Positions 7,051-10,982 of a DNA stretch of 10,982 nucleotides are shown piece after piece. Source of the DNA: Chthoniobacterales bacterium. GTDB lineage: Bacteria; Verrucomicrobiota; Verrucomicrobiia; Chthoniobacterales; Chthoniobacteraceae. The stretch spans positions 1 through 10,982 of the forward strand of contig JBBQZX010000048.1 of the NCBI GenBank assembly GCA_038207335.1, in the 5' to 3' direction. The notes under the pieces are model-generated. The model did not search any database. It worked only from the letters and a program-made list of their open reading frames with translations, and had not been told where the DNA came from. Numbering within the stretch: position 1 is the first letter of the stretch; each line of letters opens with the position of its first letter. The translations under genes and the position numbers were made by a program.

Positions 7051-8325
7051 TTACTTACCCGACCACCTTTCGATCTTCCCCTCGACCTCCGCCCGCGGCC
7101 GGCAGAAGTGCCGGCGGGAACGCGCGGCGGCGAGCTCCCGCCGGCCAACGTCTGTCTCGAGAGGTGGAAGCGTTCGCGCGAGAAAGGGCTCGCGCACTTC
7201 GCCACCGGTCATGAGTTTGACACACACCTCGAACCGCGACAATTCGAGCAAGGTCGTCGCCGGATAGGGAGCGAACTCACGCTCGAGCAAGGGCGCGTCC
7301 TGGGCGCCAAGGCGGAAGGCGATCATGGTGCCGACGTTGCCGAAGACGGCGGCGGCGATCTCGTCCGGAAGCTGGTCGAGGTACTGATGGGCCAGGGTCA
7401 GGTGAAGCCCGTACTTGCGGGCCTCGGAGAGCAGATCGGCGAAGCTCGTGGTGGTGAAGGCATGGAACTCGTCGACGACGAGGTGGAAGGGTTCGCGCAT
7501 CGCTTCCGGCATCTCGGCGCGGGCGAGCGCCGCGGTGGCGAAGCTCGAGACGATGAGCGAGCCGAGGAAGTTCGCCTCCTGCTCGCCGAGCGCGCCCTTG
7601 GCCAGGTTGGCGATCAGGATGCGGCGGTTGTCCATGGCGAAGCGCGGATCGAAGGCGCGCCGCGCCTGGCCGAGAATGGCGCGAAGGGCCGGATTGCCGA
7701 GGAGCGCGCCGACCTTGTTCTGCAGCGGCGCGATTGCTTCGGCGCGAAAGCGCTGATCCCAGCGGCCGAACTCGTCTTGCCAGAACGACCGCACCCGGAC
7801 GTCGTCGGCGTAGCCAACGACCCGCTCACGGTAGGCCTCGTCGGCGAGCATCCGCGACACACCGAGGAGCGACACCCCCATCCCCGGGGGACAGGAGAGC
7901 AGGGCGGCCAGGGTGTTGTAGGCGATGTACTCACTGCGCGGCCCCCAGCTGTCGGCGAACAGGTGGCGGAAGATCGCGGTCACGCTCGAGGCGACATACG
8001 GCCGCCGCTCCGGGGGCACATGGGCGAGCACGTTCCACGAGAAGGCGAAGTCCGGGTCGGCGGGATCGAGGTAGGCGACCTCATCGAGCCGGTGCGGTGG
8101 AATGCAGTCGAGCAGGGCCTCGGCCTCGTCGCCGTGCGGATCGATGAAGGCAAAGCCCCTGCCCGCCTCGATGTCCTGGACGAGGAGGTTATGGAGCAGG
8201 GTCGTCTTGCCCGAGCCCGAGCGGCCGATGATCCAGCAGTGGAGCGCCCGGTCGCGTTGGGAAAGACCGACGGGTATCTCCCCGTCCCAGAGCGGCCGCA
8301 TCGCAATGTAAGAAGGATTGTCCAT
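7051..8325 (-). CDS. Type IV secretion coupling-protein-like ATPase (TrwB/TraD/HerA-FtsK superfamily), no N-terminal TM anchor, ~424 aa
   Basis: Motifs H.WIIGRSGSGKT (Walker A), FIDPHGD, HLVVDEFH (Walker B), EARKYGLHLTLAHQY and FGNVGTMIAFRLG. Start placed at ATG 8325 (MDNPSY). Confidence 0.92.
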   Translation of the reverse strand: MDNPSYIAMRPLWDGEIPVGLSQRDRALHCWIIGRSGSGKTTLLHNLLVQDIEAGRGFAFIDPHGDEAEALLDCIPPHRLDEVAYLDPADPDFAFSWNVLAHVPPERRPYVASSVTAIFRHLFADSWGPRSEYIAYNTLAALLSCPPGMGVSLLGVSRMLADEAYRERVVGYADDVRVRSFWQDEFGRWDQRFRAEAIAPLQNKVGALLGNPALRAILGQARRAFDPRFAMDNRRILIANLAKGALGEQEANFLGSLIVSSFATAALARAEMPEAMREPFHLVVDEFHAFTTTSFADLLSEARKYGLHLTLAHQYLDQLPDEIAAAVFGNVGTMIAFRLGAQDAPLLEREFAPYPATTLLELSRFEVCVKLMTGGEVREPFLARTLPPLETDVGRRELAAARSRRHFCRPRAEVEGKIERWSGK

Positions 8326-8327
8326 AC

Positions 8328-8524
8328 CGCGAAGCCAGCCGCCGCGGCTAACCCGGGTATGAGCACCAAATGGGAAGCATGCTGATCCCCGAGTAACTCC
8401 GCTGCGTGTTCCCATTTGCGTGGCCGACGCCCGAGATTTGGGTGCTCTCGGCGACGGCCCGGAGTTCGCCGGCATGCGGTTCTTGGTGTGACCGGCCGGC
8501 GAGGTAGCGGAGGCTGGCTTCGCG
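8328..8524. other. Multibranch structured element in the coupling-protein 5' region
   Basis: Closing stem 8328-8345/8507-8524 (17 of 18 bp). Inner stems: 8367-8376/8409-8418 (10 of 10), 8424-8458, 8353-8357/8458-8462 and 8466-8473/8495-8502 (8 of 8). Confidence 0.7.
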
Positions 8525-8550
8525 AGACGATGAAGTTGTGTAGTTCCTCC

Positions 8551-8559
8551 ATTCTACCA
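8551..8559 (-). promoter_or_regulatory. Putative extended -10 promoter for the coupling-protein gene
   Basis: Minus strand TGGTAGAAT, just outside the structured element. Confidence 0.5.
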
Positions 8560-8599
8560 CGCCATCCCCCGCCCCCTTCTCTCTAACCAGTTGATAACT

Positions 8600-8627
8600 T
8601 TGACGAATTTCAGTCATTTGCTACTCT
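8600..8627 (+). promoter_or_regulatory. Putative sigma70 promoter of the primase gene
   Basis: TTGACG-16 nt-TACTCT with a TGn extension. An imperfect palindrome, TGACGAATTTCAGTCA (8601-8616), overlaps the -35. Confidence 0.55.
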
Positions 8628-8665
8628 CTTGTGTAGATTGTACATCCGCACAAGGAAGCAACCCC

Positions 8666-9694
8666 ATGGCGAACAAGAGCTGGTATGACTTCAGGGAGAT
8701 CAAACAGCACGGCGACTTCCTCGCCGTGCTCGCCCACTACGACATCGAGGCCACCGGCAAGGGCGCGCGGCGGAAAATCCTCTGCCCGTTCCACCCGGAG
8801 CGAAAGCCGTCGTGCACCATCAACCTCGAGCGCCGGCTGTTTCACTGCTTCGGCTGCGAGGCCGGCGGCGATCTGCTCGACTTCGTGATGCGCAAGGAGG
8901 CCTGCACGGCGGCCGACGCCGCCCGGATCGTGGCTGCGTGCTCGAACATCGCGCCGGTGGCGCGTGAGGGAGCGCGTCAGCGCGCAAAATCGCTCCCAGA
9001 AGCGCGACAAGAGCCGCGGCCAGACAAAACGTCGTCGAATGCGGAAAAACCGCTCCACGGGCCTCCTGTGCGCCCAGGCAAGGAGAAAGCCGAGAAGGAG
9101 GAGAACAAACCCCTCGCCTTCACCCTCAAGCTCGACCCGGCGCATCCGTACCTGGCCCTGCGCGGCGTGACGCCCGAGCTCGCCGCGACCTTCGGCCTTG
9201 GCGCTTGCGCCAAGGGCCTGCTGCAAGGGCGGATCTGCATTCCGATCCACAACGAGGCAGGCGCGCTCGTCGCCTACGCCGGCCGCTGGCCCGGCGACGA
9301 CGGCTGGCCCGTGGGCGAGGACAAGTACAAGCTCCCGGCCAACTTCAAGAAGAGCCATGTGCTGTTCAACCGGCACCGGGTCGAAGGGGCAACGCGCCTT
9401 GCCCTCGTCGAGGGCTACTGGTCGGTCTTCCGGCTCCATGCGCTCGGCATTCCCGCCGTGGCACTCATGGGCCGGTCGCTCTCCGCCGAGCAGGAAGAGC
9501 TTCTCTCCGATCACGGCGCCGATCGCCTCATCCTTCTCCTCGACGGCGATGCGCCGGGGCGGGCGGCCACGGCCGAGCTCCTCCCCCGCCTCGCCCGCCG
9601 GTTCTTTGTCCTTACCCCGTCATTGCCGGACGGCGCGGCACCGGATACGGTGGCCGCCGAGTTCTTCGATCCACCCAACTTTTTCGTGCGCTAG
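8666..9694 (+). CDS. Mobile-element DNA primase (zf-CHC2 + Toprim), DnaG-like, 342 aa
   Basis: Zinc finger CPFH..RKPS..FHCFGC..GGD, then GRICIPIHN..G.LVAYAGR, KY..P..FKKSHVLFN, and Toprim LVEG...VALMG...LLLDGDAPG. SD AAGGA precedes ATG 8666. There is no DnaB-binding C-domain, so this is not the chromosomal dnaG. Confidence 0.92.
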   Translation: MANKSWYDFREIKQHGDFLAVLAHYDIEATGKGARRKILCPFHPERKPSCTINLERRLFHCFGCEAGGDLLDFVMRKEACTAADAARIVAACSNIAPVAREGARQRAKSLPEARQEPRPDKTSSNAEKPLHGPPVRPGKEKAEKEENKPLAFTLKLDPAHPYLALRGVTPELAATFGLGACAKGLLQGRICIPIHNEAGALVAYAGRWPGDDGWPVGEDKYKLPANFKKSHVLFNRHRVEGATRLALVEGYWSVFRLHALGIPAVALMGRSLSAEQEELLSDHGADRLILLLDGDAPGRAATAELLPRLARRFFVLTPSLPDGAAPDTVAAEFFDPPNFFVR

Positions 9695-9700
9695 CACGAC

Positions 9701-9732
9701 CCCCCGCGCGCTTTGGCGTCGCGGGGGCTTTC
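9701..9732 (+). terminator. Probable intrinsic terminator after the primase gene
   Basis: CCCCCGCG-CGC-tttg-GCG-t-CGCGGGGG followed by CTTTC, 6 nt after the stop. The U-tract is weak. Confidence 0.55.
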
Positions 9733-9738
9733 TGATTC

Positions 9739-10509
9739 ACGGGGTGGTGGGCGGGGATGCGTCTCCTCCCCTGCATTCCTGCATTGTGGTGCGTGGGTGA
9801 CCACGCAACCCGGGTCGCCCTCCGGCGACACCCCGTTTCCGCGCGGGTCGTCGGGCCGGATTGCTCCACGAGACGCGCCTCGCGGCGAGTGGGAGCGCAG
9901 CGTAGCGGAGCGATAGCAATCCGGAAGCGCTAGCGCCCGACTTCGATGGTTTCGGTCGACGTCCACCGCCCGCCCAAGGGAGAGAGGACGGAGACCCGGA
10001 GCGCGCTACCGGACGCCTTTGCCCGGCAAAGGTGTTCGCTAGCGAGCGGAGCCGATGGTTCGAGCCGCCTATCGGACACTTTAGTGTTTGATAGCCGGCT
10101 GGAACCATCGGGAAAGCATCGAAGTCGGGCGGTAGCACGACGACCAGCGCGGAACCCGTACGGCTTGCAATCGCAAGCCTTTTGCGCCAATCGGCGCACC
10201 ACGAGCCCCTACATAGCTAGGATTGTAGGGGCTTTTGTCGGGGCAAAGGCCCCCGCTAGGGCGGCCTGCACCGACAATCCGTGAGCCTTCCCGCGAGCGT
10301 CAAGGACAACCGGACGGCTTCGCTGTTCGCTTGGACGCAGGCACGAGGCGGAAGGCTCACCCCTTCCCTTCGCGCCGTTGGCGCGAGAACCGGTTACGGA
10401 AAAAGGATCGGGGCGGCGGTCATGGACGGACGGCGACGACGCACAAGGCACGGCAACCGGACAGGTTCCCTGCTCCGCTTGCCGTGCTGTGGTGCAGTCG
10501 GTTCGATCC
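9739..10509 (+). other. Large, densely structured non-coding region (candidate single-strand origin or large ncRNA)
   Basis: Nested stems: 9739-46/9829-36, 9837-53/10138-54 (16 of 17), 9856-65/9915-24, 9929-53/10112-36 (23 of 25), 10013-35, 10052-10111, 10162-79, 10183-98, 10204-33, 10235-41/10271-77, 10281-91/10350-60, 10370-86, 10405-10/10504-09, 10437-10500. No credible ORF. Confidence 0.8.
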
Positions 10510-10772
10510 GTGGTTTGGTTAGCGCTTGGTGTTGTGTTCGTGCGGGTGCACGCCACGCGTCAGTGCCGCGGCCATGGTGTCCGCCACCAAACCAAAGGCC
10601 TTAGCCAACCCGAGATGGGCCGGCGACATCGGCTCATCGTAGAGCCCCTGATTGATCTCGAAAAAATCCCGTAGATCGACTTTGCTGAGCATGGATGTCT
10701 CCCGTAAAGCCGCATTTCGTCTACTCCGCACGCTAGATGGATCATGATTGCCGGCGCACAAGGCACGGCAAC
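10440..10772 (+). repeat. 18-bp perfect direct repeat CGCACAAGGCACGGCAAC, two copies
   Basis: Identical copies at 10440-10457 and 10755-10772. The core GGCACGGCAA also occurs at 6878-6887. Confidence 0.9.
10519..10692 (-). CDS. Putative small protein (57 aa, MLSKVDLRDFFEINQGLYDE...)
   Basis: SD-like GGGAG 7 nt before ATG 10692, TAA at 10519-10521. It occupies the one weakly structured gap in the right-hand region. No family recognised. Confidence 0.45.
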   Translation of the reverse strand: MLSKVDLRDFFEINQGLYDEPMSPAHLGLAKAFGLVADTMAAALTRGVHPHEHNTKR

Positions 10773-10799
10773 AGCCTGCGCCGGTGTGGTGTGGTCGGT
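10751..10799 (+). other. Candidate oriT/dso (hairpin plus nic-like sequence)
   Basis: The CCGGCGCA/TGCGCCGG stem (10751-58/10777-84) carries the repeat core in its loop and is followed by GTGTG|GTCGGT (10789-10799). Confidence 0.4.
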
Positions 10800-10982
10800 G
10801 GGATACTGTCGCGGACTTTCGGAGCGGCGGATTGGGGGAAAACGGATCGATCCTCGGGAAGGCGACCATCCCGGTGATCCGCCGGATGCTTTGCGGGGTT
10901 TCTTCACGGGTGGCGCCCCAAGTCGCGCCGCCATGCTTCACCAAGGCCGGGAGCGGCCGGGCTCTCCCTGCCGGATCAGAGC

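Larger units (their letters stand above)
2616..10982. mobile_element. Mobilizable/integrative element segment (relaxase, coupling ATPase, primase, DUF3768, cargo); boundaries not visible
   Basis: Co-located mobilization and replication genes, GC mosaicism and no housekeeping genes. No integrase or att site is visible in the window. Confidence 0.75.

Noticed and set aside
6828..7205. 126-aa N-terminal extension of the relaxase in the ORF track
   Set aside because: Overlaps the coupling-protein 3' end and crosses promoter-like intergenic DNA; composition is not protein-like.
7045..8385. 446-aa + strand ORF
   Set aside because: Antisense shadow of the coupling ATPase in GC3-rich DNA; no motifs.
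8326..8475. 50-aa N-terminal extension of the coupling ATPase
   Set aside because: Runs through the structured element, has no TM segment and is low complexity; ATG 8325 fits better.
8621..9514. 297-aa minus-strand ORF and other ORFs overlapping the primase
   Set aside because: Antisense or alternate frames of a gene with clear motifs.
10497..10512. GGTTCGATCC as a tRNA T-arm or att-site remnant
   Set aside because: No 5-bp T-stem, cloverleaf or CCA end; the bases pair with 10405-10410 instead.
9691..10604. Many 67-133 aa ORFs on both strands in the structured region
   Set aside because: Arg/Pro/Ala/Ser-rich with no codon bias or clear SD; expected by chance in GC-rich palindromic DNA.
10440..10772. 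Direct repeats as a CRISPR array
   Set aside because: Only two 18-bp copies 315 bp apart, and no cas genes.

Overview
Mosaic accessory region that looks like part of a mobilizable or integrative element. From left to right: (1) the 3' end and right terminus of an IS1595-family element; (2) a 726-aa tailspike/depolymerase-like gene with no phage structural genes nearby; (3) a small two-gene unit (67-aa hypothetical and DUF3768); (4) lower-GC cargo: an apparently truncated ART-like ORF, a DUF4236 protein and a secreted protein; (5) a high-GC core made of a Replic_Relax/MOBC-like relaxase, a soluble TrwB/TraD-like coupling ATPase and a divergent CHC2-Toprim primase. The most striking unexplained signal is non-coding. 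About 770 nt after the primase (9739-10509) are nested inverted repeats whose wobble pairs are almost all G-T on the + strand. This is followed by a hairpin plus a nic-like site (10751-10799) that shares a 10-mer with the relaxase upstream region. A second ~200-nt multibranch structure abuts the coupling-protein start. Together these suggest a primase / single-strand origin / nick site / relaxase / coupling-protein module, or alternatively a large structured ncRNA. Family assignments come from motif recognition only; no searches or folding programs were run, and GC comparisons are by eye.
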